In this document: positions 1 to 9,245 of the stretch, one piece after another | Layout: each line of letters opens with the position of its first letter | Position numbering within the stretch: the stretch's first letter is position 1 | NCBI GenBank assembly: GCA_016699615.1 | Contig: CP064984.1 | Span: forward strand, 2,488,721 to 2,552,720 | Reading direction: 5' to 3' | DNA: 64,000 bases | Origin: Sphingobacteriales bacterium | GTDB taxonomy: Bacteria > Bacteroidota > Bacteroidia > Chitinophagales > JADIYW01 | The notes under the pieces: generated by a model | Databases searched by the model: none | Seen by the model: only the letters and a program-made list of their open reading frames with translations | What the model was told of the DNA's origin: nothing | Made by a program: the position numbers and the translations under genes

Positions 1-634
1 TTTAGATACAGAACCAGATATGTTGATGAAACTACAAAATGAATGGAGTGACTTTGAAAAATATATCCAAGCTATGTCATCAAAATATAGAGTGCGAACA
101 AAAAAAGTATTAAGTCAGTCTGCATGCATAGAAAAAAGAAAATTGAGTGTAAATGATGTGAAATTGTATAAAAATGAAATTGATGTTTTATTTAATAATG
201 TAATGAAAAAAGCTACATTCAATTTAGCTGAATTAGATACTGATTTTTTTATTGAGAATTTTGTACAATTACCACATATTTTTGAGATGTATGGCTATTT
301 TATAGATGGCAAAATGTGCGGCTTTTCATCATTGTATATATGTAAGAATTTAATTCATGTACATTATATTGGATTAGATTATGAAACTAATCATACCTAT
401 AAATTGTACAATAGAATGCTGTTAGATGTGGTGCAATTGGCAATACAACAAAACATACATCAAATACATTTTGGAAGAACAGCAACAGAAATAAAATCTA
501 CCATTGGAGCAAAACCAGTTTTGCTGAATGCGTATCTTAAAATAAATAATAGATTTTATAATAGAATTGCACCTTATATATTGAAAAGAATTAAAGCACC
601 AGCATTTACAATCAGAAATCCTTTTAAAGATTAA
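1..634 (+). CDS. FemAB/BioF2-like GNAT acyltransferase family protein, C-terminal part (5-prime end outside window)
   Basis: Frame is open from the window edge to the stop at 634. The C-terminal region (YIGLDYE...HFGRTATEIKSTIGAKP) resembles GNAT/FemAB-like acyltransferases. Family call by eye only. Confidence 0.45.
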   Translation, partial: LDTEPDMLMKLQNEWSDFEKYIQAMSSKYRVRTKKVLSQSACIEKRKLSVNDVKLYKNEIDVLFNNVMKKATFNLAELDTDFFIENFVQLPHIFEMYGYFIDGKMCGFSSLYICKNLIHVHYIGLDYETNHTYKLYNRMLLDVVQLAIQQNIHQIHFGRTATEIKSTIGAKPVLLNAYLKINNRFYNRIAPYILKRIKAPAFTIRNPFKD

Positions 635-1254
635 TGAATTTCTGTATCTAAAAAATCTCTAAATGTTTTTCTTTCAATTTCTTCTGTTGGCGTATTAGTT
701 ATTTCTTTCCTATCTGAGTTTCTAAATATATATGCTAATACAGCACCAACAATTCCACCAATTAAATGCGATTCCCAAGAAACACCAGCTTGTATTGGCA
801 ATACGCCCCAAACCAATCCACCATACATTATAGTAACAATAAGTGCAATTGCAATTGCTCTAGCATCAAGTCTAAACCAGCCACTAAAAAATAAAAATGA
901 TGCAACACCATATACAATGCCACTTGCACCAACATGGAATGATTCTCGTGCAAATAACCAAACAAAAAAACCAGTAAGAATATGTATTAAAACCCAGATA
1001 AAAATTCCAATTCTATTATAAGTAACAAAAAGTATAGTACCTAGAATAAAAATAGGCAAGGAGTTTGAAATTAAATGTTCCCAACTGCCATGAATAATTG
1101 GTGCTGTAAATATGCCAATTAGCGCATATTTTTCTCTTGGATAAATACCTAATTGTATTAATGACATTCCAAATACAAATTGAAAAATATTAACTACCCA
1201 CATAAATAGAACAAAGAGAAATGGAATGAGTACAGTATAATATCGAATTTTCAT
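631..1254 (-). CDS. rhomboid family intramembrane serine protease
   Basis: 207-aa polytopic membrane protein with the rhomboid signatures HGSWEHLISN, GASGIVYG (GxSG) and the distal ESHLIGGIVG His. Confidence 0.85.
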   Translation of the reverse strand: MKIRYYTVLIPFLFVLFMWVVNIFQFVFGMSLIQLGIYPREKYALIGIFTAPIIHGSWEHLISNSLPIFILGTILFVTYNRIGIFIWVLIHILTGFFVWLFARESFHVGASGIVYGVASFLFFSGWFRLDARAIAIALIVTIMYGGLVWGVLPIQAGVSWESHLIGGIVGAVLAYIFRNSDRKEITNTPTEEIERKTFRDFLDTEIH

Positions 1255-1263
1255 TGGTATAAA

Positions 1264-1294
1264 ATAAAAAAACCTTTCAATTTCTTGAAAGGTT
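1264..1294 (-). terminator. rho-independent terminator downstream of ahcY
   Basis: Perfect 10-bp stem aacctttcaa/ttgaaaggtt with a 4-nt loop. It is followed on the minus strand by a T-run (A-run 1265-1272 on plus). Confidence 0.7.
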
Positions 1295-1317
1295 TAAATA
1301 TAAAGATAAATTTTAGA

Positions 1318-2640
1318 TTAGTATCTATATTGCTCAGCTTTGTATGGTCCTTCTACAGGAACACCAATATATTTAGCTTGCTCATCATTCAATACTTCTA
1401 ATTCTACACCAATTTTTGCTAAGTGTAATCTTGCTACTTTTTCATCTAAATGTTTGGGCAACACATAAACTTTGTTTTCGTAGTTTTTGTGATTGTTCCA
1501 TAACTCAATTTGAGCCATAGTTTGGTTTGTAAATGAATTACTCATTACAAAAGATGGATGACCAGTAGCACAACCTAAGTTCACTAATCTACCTTCAGCT
1601 AAAATAATGATTTCATTGCCATTTACATTGTAGATATCCACTTGAGGTTTTACTTCAGATTTTGTTTGACCAAAATTTCTGTTTAACCAAGCCATATCAA
1701 TTTCATTATCGAAGTGACCAATATTACATACAATAGTTTTGTCTTTCATTTTTTCAAAATGACGACCAACTACGATGTCTTTATTTCCTGTTGTTGTAAT
1801 TACAATATCAGCATTCCCAACTACAGTGTCTAGTTTTTTTACTTCGTAGCCATCCATTGCTGCTTGCAATGCACAAATTGGATCTATTTCTGTAACAGTA
1901 ACGATAGAACCAGCACCTCTGAATGATGCAGCAGTACCTTTACCAACATCACCATAACCACATACTACAACTCTTTTTCCAGCCAACATTACGTCTGTTG
2001 CTCTTCTTACAGCATCAACAGCAGATTCTTTACAACCATATTTATTATCAAATTTAGATTTAGTAACTGAATCGTTCACATTGATTGCAGGAATATGTAA
2101 TGTACCATTAGTCATTCTTTCGTATAATCTATGTACACCAGTTGTTGTTTCTTCTGATAATCCTTTGATGTTAGAAATTAATTCAGGATATTTATCAAAT
2201 ACCATATTTGTTAAGTCTCCACCATCATCTAAAATCATGTTTAATGGTTTTTCAGCAGAACCAAAAAATAAAGTTTGCTCAATACACCAATCAAATTCTT
2301 GCTCGTTCATTCCTTTCCACGCAAATACTGGAATGCCTGCTGCTGCTATTGCTGCTGCTGCATGGTCTTGTGTAGAAAATATATTACATGAACTCCAAGT
2401 AACTTCAGCACCTAAATGTACCAATGTTTCAATCAATACTGCAGTTTGGATAGTCATGTGTAGACATCCTGCAATTCTTGCACCTTTTAATGGTTTGCTT
2501 TCTCCAAACTCTGCTCTTAATGACATTAGACCTGGCATTTCTGCTTCTGCTAATTGAATTTCTTTTCTTCCCCATTCAGCTAAAGAAATGTCTTTAACTT
2601 TGTATGGTAATTTAAAATCTATTGCTGTTTTTGTACTCAT
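1318..2640 (-). CDS. ahcY: adenosylhomocysteinase (S-adenosyl-L-homocysteine hydrolase)
   Basis: 440-aa full-length match by eye to the AhcY family. Conserved N-terminus ([16 protein letters not shown]), NAD site GYGDVGKG and C-terminal KAEQYRY. Confidence 0.97.
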   Translation of the reverse strand: MSTKTAIDFKLPYKVKDISLAEWGRKEIQLAEAEMPGLMSLRAEFGESKPLKGARIAGCLHMTIQTAVLIETLVHLGAEVTWSSCNIFSTQDHAAAAIAAAGIPVFAWKGMNEQEFDWCIEQTLFFGSAEKPLNMILDDGGDLTNMVFDKYPELISNIKGLSEETTTGVHRLYERMTNGTLHIPAINVNDSVTKSKFDNKYGCKESAVDAVRRATDVMLAGKRVVVCGYGDVGKGTAASFRGAGSIVTVTEIDPICALQAAMDGYEVKKLDTVVGNADIVITTTGNKDIVVGRHFEKMKDKTIVCNIGHFDNEIDMAWLNRNFGQTKSEVKPQVDIYNVNGNEIIILAEGRLVNLGCATGHPSFVMSNSFTNQTMAQIELWNNHKNYENKVYVLPKHLDEKVARLHLAKIGVELEVLNDEQAKYIGVPVEGPYKAEQYRY

Positions 2641-2742
2641 AATTAATTTTTATTTTGACTCGACAAAAATATATATTTGAATTAAAATATAAATTGTCCT
2701 ATAGCAATAAAAACTATTTTATGAGTTTGTTGTTGTAATTAT

Positions 2743-2750
2743 TAACTTTG
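2743..2750 (+). promoter_or_regulatory. candidate Bacteroidetes -7 promoter box (TAACTTTG) for the ferritin gene
   Basis: Matches the TAnnTTTG consensus 17 nt upstream of the ATG at 2767. A TTTG lies upstream at 2726-2729, but the spacing is not canonical. Confidence 0.3.
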
Positions 2751-2766
2751 TACTTAAATAAATTTT

Positions 2767-3291
2767 ATGATTATTCCTAAAAAAGTAGAGAAAGCATTAA
2801 ACCAACATTTGGAAATGGAAGCTAATGCTGTATTTAATTATTTGGCTGTTTCGGCTTGGTGCGAAAGTGAAGGTTTAGAAGGTTGTGCTAAGTTTTTCAG
2901 ATCACAATCAGATGAAGAGCATATTCATTTTATGAAATTTTTTGATTATTTGAATGAAGTTGGTGAGCATGCCATTGTGCCTGCTGTAAAACAACCAAGA
3001 AATTCTTACAAAGATATTTTAGAAGTTTGTGAGCAATCACTTAAAAGTGAACAGAGTGTTACTAAATCTATTTATAATATTGTGAAGATTGCAGAACATG
3101 AAGGCGATATGGCAACAGTAGACTTTTTGCGTTTTTTTGTAGACGAACAACGTGAAGAAGAAGTTCAGTTTAAACGCATTATTGATAAAATAAAATTGAT
3201 AGGAAAAGGTGCTCAGAGCTTATACTATATTGACAAAGAATTTGAAACCATACTAAGTCAAAAAGTGAAGGCAGCAGCTAAACAAGCTTAA
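2767..3291 (+). CDS. ftnA: non-heme ferritin
   Basis: 174 aa with ferritin-like four-helix diiron residues (E..EANAVFNY, EEHIHFMKFFDYL, EQSVT, DEQREEE). Confidence 0.9.
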   Translation: MIIPKKVEKALNQHLEMEANAVFNYLAVSAWCESEGLEGCAKFFRSQSDEEHIHFMKFFDYLNEVGEHAIVPAVKQPRNSYKDILEVCEQSLKSEQSVTKSIYNIVKIAEHEGDMATVDFLRFFVDEQREEEVQFKRIIDKIKLIGKGAQSLYYIDKEFETILSQKVKAAAKQA

Positions 3292-3326
3292 AGTGACAAC
3301 TAAATATTATTGTATAAATTAATTAT

Positions 3327-4184
3327 ATGGCATCTGGTTTTTTTGCAATATTAGATGATATTGCTATGTTGATGGATGATGTTGCTACAATGGGAAAAAT
3401 AGCAACTAAAAAAACAGCAGGAATTCTTGGAGATGATTTGGCAGTAAATGCAGAAAAAGCAACTGGATTTGTAGCCTCAAGAGAGATTCCTGTACTTTGG
3501 GCAATTACAAAAGGTTCATTTTTGAATAAATTAATCATCTTACCAATAGTTTTTTTGTTGAATTTCTTTTTTCCATTTTTAATAAAAATTATTCTAATAT
3601 TTGGTGGATTGTTTTTAGCCTATGAAGGTGCAGAAAAAATTATTGAATTTTTCTTTCATAAAAAAACAGCTGTTGAAGTTGAAGAAAATACAGAAGAAAA
3701 AGATGTAGAAACCTTAGAAAAAGAAAAAATTAAATCTGCCATTACTACTGATTTTATTTTGTCTTTAGAAATTGTAATTATAGCATTGAGTACAGTAATT
3801 GGAAAACCATTGCTTACTCAAATTGCTGTGGTATCTTGTGTTGCAATTATTGCTACAATTGGAGTTTATGGTATAGTTGCATTAATTGTACGTATGGACG
3901 ATGCTGGAGTTTTTTTAGTGAATAAATCAAATGAAACAGGTATACGATCTAAACTACGCTTTGGGTTGATTAAATTAGTGCCATTAATTATTAGACTTTT
4001 GGCTATAATTGGTACATTTGCCTTGTTGCTAGTAGCTGGTGGCATATTTGCACACAATAGTCACTATATACATGATTTATTTCATGGTTTCCCAGAATTA
4101 TTAAGAGATTTAATTTTAGGCTTAGTATTTGGCACAGCAGTAGTTGGAGTAGTAACTTTAGTAAAAAAGATACTAAAAAAATAA
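3327..4184 (+). CDS. DUF808 family inner-membrane protein (YedI-like)
   Basis: N-terminus MASGFFAILDDIAMLMDDVA...KTAGILGDDLAVNAE is the DUF808 hallmark. Multiple transmembrane segments. Confidence 0.85.
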   Translation: MASGFFAILDDIAMLMDDVATMGKIATKKTAGILGDDLAVNAEKATGFVASREIPVLWAITKGSFLNKLIILPIVFLLNFFFPFLIKIILIFGGLFLAYEGAEKIIEFFFHKKTAVEVEENTEEKDVETLEKEKIKSAITTDFILSLEIVIIALSTVIGKPLLTQIAVVSCVAIIATIGVYGIVALIVRMDDAGVFLVNKSNETGIRSKLRFGLIKLVPLIIRLLAIIGTFALLLVAGGIFAHNSHYIHDLFHGFPELLRDLILGLVFGTAVVGVVTLVKKILKK

Positions 4185-4208
4185 TTTTTGTATAGAATAT
4201 AGATGTAT

Positions 4209-7079
4209 TTAGAAATACTCTAACTTATATTTTTGTGTAAAATCCCAAAGTGCAATATATAAAGAAGAGTTTAATAAATGTAATCGTTTTCTAAATGGTG
4301 CTGAGATAGTGAAAATTCCTCCAGAGGCATCTAAACAAAAATCTGCAAATTTATCACTATCTTGGAAATTATCGACAATTATTCCTGTTTCTTTGTCTCT
4401 TTGTATAATAGGAATTTTATTACTGTCTTGCCCATTGTATTTATGTATTATATATATATAATTTCTAATTATATCTAGTAATTTAAATTTGTAATCGGTT
4501 TCTAAAATATTGTTTCTTGAAGTTGTAATGTTTTTTACTAGAATATTAAAGTTTTCAATCTCTACTTCATTCATATTATCATAACTGATATTATTAATAT
4601 CAGTTAATTTATCTTTATACTCAGAAAATATGTCGTCATTTACTTCCTTAATAATTCCAAACATTTCATTTAGCTCATTATTTTTAAAAATAAGATCAAT
4701 TGCATCTCTGATATCACTAAGAAATCTGATAAAATGATTTTTTGATTCTTTGTTTTTAGAGTTTGTTTTAAAGTAAAACTCTGGTAACATACTATATAGT
4801 TTTTTAAATGTTTTGTTGCTTACATCATTCTCTGATAGTTTGTACACAATAAGTAATCTAAAAAATAACATAATAATATTTCTTTCAGCAATTTGATGAT
4901 TTGAATCATGTAGTTGATTTGCTTGAAGTAATAAATAGTTGATATGCCAGTAAGTGTACTGTTCTATATTCTTGTTAAATGAAATAGAATAAGTAAGAAA
5001 ATCAACATACAGATATGCATTGAAATCTTTGTGTTTTAATAAGATTTCATTTATGATTTCATTTTCTAAACTTGTAAAAATTTTATTAATATTAATTATA
5101 TTTTCGTTGTCATTGAGTGGTTTATACGTACATTTTTTAGGATAATTCTCAGAATTAAAAAATTTAATATACCTTTGATATTTTTTAATATCAAAATTTT
5201 TTAAATTATCTAAAATAGAATCCATCATAAAGTTTGATATTTCATGAAGAAAAACACTAAGAAAAATATAAGGTTCAAAAATATGTTGTTGATTTATTTT
5301 TAATGAGTTTTTTGTACTATTTATTCCAATTTTATCAGAAATATAAACTAATTGAGGACTTATGTTTTCATAAATTTTATGTCTAAATTTGGGGCTTACA
5401 TTTCTATATGCAGATGTGTTGTAGTGTAGATGGTATCCAAAATATTTATATAATGCATCATAAATACTTAATTGTTGATGAATAGCACCTTTATAATCTA
5501 AATTAATATCTGTTAAATCTGCTGTTCTATGAGTTTGAAAATATCTATCATGGAATGCGCTTTCAAAGATTCTACAAGATTCTGTTAATTCATTTATAAT
5601 CTCACTTTTAGGCTTGACTTCATAGATATTATATGAATTATTGATTTCATAATCATTAATTTTCTGTAAGATTTGTATTTTTAGAAATACCTCTAGTTCT
5701 ATAAATGAGCCAAAAAGTACCTCATCTTGTATTACATTATTAAAAATATTACATATAGAAATTACTTTTTCTATTAATATTTTAGGAGCACCAATTTTCT
5801 TTAGTTTTTCTTCATATCGAATAATTGTTGATGGTTTTACAGCACATCTGTCATCTAAAATATTATCAATTGAGTACCAATGCTCATTTTCATCGAATGT
5901 ATCAATGATATCATTAATATTCATTCTGAAGGATACAGAAGTAATACATTCTCTAATATTATTTATTATTGCTTCTGATTTAGTGTTTAAGAAGTTTAGA
6001 TATTTTATAAATAACTCAATATTGCTTTGTTCAAAATTTATTAAATCATTAATAACCATATCGCCTCTTCCAAGTGTAAGAGAAGCATTGTTGGTGCGTC
6101 CCAAATTACCGAAATCAGTTATCTCATCGAGCTTAGTAATAATTGCATCATAAGTTTTTCTAAAATGACCTGGCTTTACGAACCATTTGGTGACAATTTG
6201 TAAATTAGAAATATCAATATCCAATTGTTTGCTTGTATTCTTAAAGAAATCTGTATGGACTCCAAAATTTGAAATTGTATCTACAAATAAGTGGTTGTTG
6301 AATAAACTTAAAGTATCTTGAGGTTCTTCTTCTTTGCTGTCCTGCCAATTAAATAGTAGAGAATTTTCTAGAAATATTTTTTTTTCCTTACTATCTTGTT
6401 CACATAAATCATTAATAGATAGCTCTCTAATGTCTGATAATAGTTTAGATAATTTATTAGTTGAATTAGAAAATAACATCAAAATTAACTCATGACTTCC
6501 TAAATTCAATAATATTATATTTTCTATACCACTAATTTTATCATTTATACAGTTTATAACTTTATTTAGATAATAAGAGCCATTACCAATTAAAATACTT
6601 GGGTTTAGTTTTAATTGAGTAGAAACAATAAATGGATTTTTCTCTGTGAAATCAGTTGAGGTTATTTTTTTTATTTTTTCTAAAAAATAATTTTGTTCTA
6701 TCTTTGGTGTTTTTATCTTTGGTATTAATGTGCTAAAAACTTGGAAATCAAAATTTCTAGGTTTATATTCCAAATCAAGAATGGAGGAAGGAAAAGGACA
6801 GAAGTTTCTATTGGCAAATTCAGTATCATCAGTTAGAGTAAAAATCAGTAAATCAAATTTTCCAAATAGGAAATAGCCATTGGGAGAATAAAGCTGATGG
6901 TCATCATTAGGCTTATATTTATCAGAATCTTTAAAATGTTTATTTAATTCTTCTTTGTATTTTTTGAAGATAGGTGATTTATCATTTTTGAAATTTTCAT
7001 CGTAGAATTTGGTTGTTGGAGTATCGTTAGGTGTAGTAACAAAAGAAATGAACGCACTCAGATTTTCAAAATTTATCAT
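4209..7079 (-). CDS. hypothetical protein, 956 aa, no recognisable domain (last gene of the AT-rich 3-gene cassette)
   Basis: Long uninterrupted ORF in about 22% G+C DNA, so it is unlikely to be open by chance. No Walker A, nuclease, HTH or transmembrane motif seen. Extremely N/K/I-rich. Confidence 0.75.
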   Translation of the reverse strand: MINFENLSAFISFVTTPNDTPTTKFYDENFKNDKSPIFKKYKEELNKHFKDSDKYKPNDDHQLYSPNGYFLFGKFDLLIFTLTDDTEFANRNFCPFPSSILDLEYKPRNFDFQVFSTLIPKIKTPKIEQNYFLEKIKKITSTDFTEKNPFIVSTQLKLNPSILIGNGSYYLNKVINCINDKISGIENIILLNLGSHELILMLFSNSTNKLSKLLSDIRELSINDLCEQDSKEKKIFLENSLLFNWQDSKEEEPQDTLSLFNNHLFVDTISNFGVHTDFFKNTSKQLDIDISNLQIVTKWFVKPGHFRKTYDAIITKLDEITDFGNLGRTNNASLTLGRGDMVINDLINFEQSNIELFIKYLNFLNTKSEAIINNIRECITSVSFRMNINDIIDTFDENEHWYSIDNILDDRCAVKPSTIIRYEEKLKKIGAPKILIEKVISICNIFNNVIQDEVLFGSFIELEVFLKIQILQKINDYEINNSYNIYEVKPKSEIINELTESCRIFESAFHDRYFQTHRTADLTDINLDYKGAIHQQLSIYDALYKYFGYHLHYNTSAYRNVSPKFRHKIYENISPQLVYISDKIGINSTKNSLKINQQHIFEPYIFLSVFLHEISNFMMDSILDNLKNFDIKKYQRYIKFFNSENYPKKCTYKPLNDNENIININKIFTSLENEIINEILLKHKDFNAYLYVDFLTYSISFNKNIEQYTYWHINYLLLQANQLHDSNHQIAERNIIMLFFRLLIVYKLSENDVSNKTFKKLYSMLPEFYFKTNSKNKESKNHFIRFLSDIRDAIDLIFKNNELNEMFGIIKEVNDDIFSEYKDKLTDINNISYDNMNEVEIENFNILVKNITTSRNNILETDYKFKLLDIIRNYIYIIHKYNGQDSNKIPIIQRDKETGIIVDNFQDSDKFADFCLDASGGIFTISAPFRKRLHLLNSSLYIALWDFTQKYKLEYF

Positions 7080-7171
7080 GTAATACTAGCTTTCAAATTA
7101 CCAAAAATAAATAAACAAGCTTCAAATTCTAAATTAGAAGCAACTAATTTTCTAATGAAATAATTTTTGAA

Positions 7172-7588
7172 TTAAAAGTTATATTTATCTAACTTAATCT
7201 TAGAACCTTCATTGAAATCATCATTAGCTCCAAATGCCTTACTTGTAACATCTATAAATCTAAATCCGTTATGGGCATTATCTTTACCATAATAGAGTAA
7301 ATAATTTTTATTTCTGTTATAATGAGCAGGAAATAATACATTTATATAAAACTCTTCGAAAGTTTTAATATCATTTTCAGTTAGAATATTATTAGGTTTA
7401 GGCTTGTCAGACACTGGGGTTGAATATCCTTTGGCAATATTAATGTATGCCCAATCTAAAAGGTGAGAAATTCTATTTCTGTACATAAGCTTGTTGTCAT
7501 TTTTATACTCATGTATTACCATATATTCCACAAATTGGTACTCATACATAAAATCTTCAGCGATTGCTTCCTCAATTCTGTAATCCAT
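7172..7588 (-). CDS. hypothetical protein, 138 aa (middle gene of the cassette)
   Basis: Intact ORF on the same strand, 92 nt upstream of the 956-aa gene. No recognisable motif. Confidence 0.55.
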   Translation of the reverse strand: MDYRIEEAIAEDFMYEYQFVEYMVIHEYKNDNKLMYRNRISHLLDWAYINIAKGYSTPVSDKPKPNNILTENDIKTFEEFYINVLFPAHYNRNKNYLLYYGKDNAHNGFRFIDVTSKAFGANDDFNEGSKIKLDKYNF

Positions 7589-7812
7589 TATAAATTACTT
7601 TTTGTTGTATTGAAAATAATGATATTATATTGTAGACTTGATGTCTTCATTTTGTTTTGATTGTCCAAGATACGAATATATTTTTAAATGAATAATTTTT
7701 AACATAAAATTAATAAAGAAATTGTACATCTAATTATTATATAATTGTTTAAAAATAAAATCTTTATATCAAATTTAATGACATAATATTTTAACTAAAG
7801 TTTTTCTTTTAA

Positions 7813-9197
7813 TCATTTTGTGGATAACTTATTTTTTTGTAGAAATACTCTATTATTTATGATATCAACTTCTGTACCATTTTCATTATAATTAACCTTT
7901 GTAACAAAAAAACCTATATCGTTATGTTCTTCTCTTCCAATTTTAGTATTTGGAATTTTTATTAATTCCTCTATATCAAAAATATAATTTTCTAAATCTA
8001 AATCTTTTGGTGGTATTAAGCATCCTGGTATGTTAATTTGATAATCAGAAAGTGACTTATATGCTTGCGCATCTTCTGCTACATCGCTGTTTTTGTGAAT
8101 ATGTCCACAATATCCAATATTTATAATATTTTCACTTAGATATTTTTGGGTTTCCTTTGTTTTTTTAGGCGTATATTCTTTAAATATTCTACAGTTTGAG
8201 TGCAGTTATCAGAAATGTATTCAAGTGGATGATGCAGAATTAGTATGTTGAAATCATTTTTACTGTCCTTTCTATTAAAACCACAATTTTTTATTCTATT
8301 CTCATTAATGATATAAAGATTTTTGTAATTTAGATGATCTCCATTGGTAGATAACCATGAAGTATTTAAATTCAATATTCCTATATTTAGTCTATTTTTT
8401 ATTTCTATTTTTTTGAAACCATTCACAAAATTATCATCAACAAAAGAAACTATATTAATATTATTTTTATCCTTATAATTTTCTTTGAGTTTATCTATTA
8501 ATGATATGTAGTTTTTGTATGTTTCAGAATAATTATAGTACTTTAAAATATTATGTTTAATTTTAAAAATATTATTAGAAATATCTTGAGTAGCACTTTT
8601 TATATTATAGTAAGTTATTTCTTTTAGCATTTCTATGCCATTCGTCTTTCTTCCATTATATTTTTCTTTATCAAATATTTTACATGTTTTATGTTCAAAG
8701 ATTTCTTCTATAACTTTATCTTTAATTTTTTTACGATGTACATCATCAAATAATTTATGTTTATCTCTACTGTTAATTATTTTTGAACATGTACAGTCGT
8801 CCTCAATTTCACACAAGTTTTTTTCTATAAATTGATTTACATTTCTTTCAATACTATTTAAAAACGATTTTACCTCATCACATCTTGTACAAGTATAACA
8901 AATATCTGTGCATAAGTCGTGGTTTCCCCCAGCAAAAACAATATATATGTTTTTGTTAACATCATTATTTATCCCACAAATAATATTATTAACAAATTCT
9001 GAGAAACATTTGATTGATACTTCACAATTATTATTGCGGTCAATTATATCACCACCAAATATTATAATAAAAGAATTGCTTTCGTCCTTTATATCATTAA
9101 TGTAAGATACTATTTTTTTAAATAATAAATTATATTTTGTAATGTTCTCTTTTTTAATATGTAAGTCAGTAAAATGTAATACAATAAAATCACTCAT
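7813..9197 (-). CDS. calcineurin-like metallophosphoesterase with Cys-cluster insert (one frameshift in a homopolymer at 8160-8166)
   Basis: Motifs in order: HFTDLH (DxH), GGDIIDR (GDxxDR), GGNHD (GNHD/E), ILILHHP. The final GHIH motif is read in the next frame downstream of 8160 (..NIGYCGHIHKNSD..) to the stop at 7813-7815. Adding one A to the A7 run joins both frames. Confidence 0.8.
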
Positions 9198-9212
9198 AAC
9201 CTATAAATGCCA

Positions 9213-9220
9213 CAAATATA
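9213..9220 (-). promoter_or_regulatory. candidate -7 box (TATATTTG) upstream of the metallophosphoesterase gene
   Basis: Minus-strand TATATTTG matches TAnnTTTG and ends 15 nt before the ATG at 9197. No clear -33 element. Confidence 0.3.
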
Positions 9221-9245
9221 ATATTTTTAGAGATTATTTAATAGA

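Noticed and set aside
2081-2557. 158-aa plus-strand ORF
   Set aside because: It is entirely antisense within ahcY and has low-complexity composition. The same reasoning applies to the other short ORFs nested antisense in fadB, fadA, the M43 protease, pgm, dnaA, the helicase and others.
7819-7827. Perfect DnaA box TGTGGATAA at the 3-prime end of the phosphoesterase gene
   Set aside because: It is a single isolated 9-mer inside coding sequence (codons ..STK*). Chance occurrence is expected in AT-rich DNA, and there are no companion boxes.
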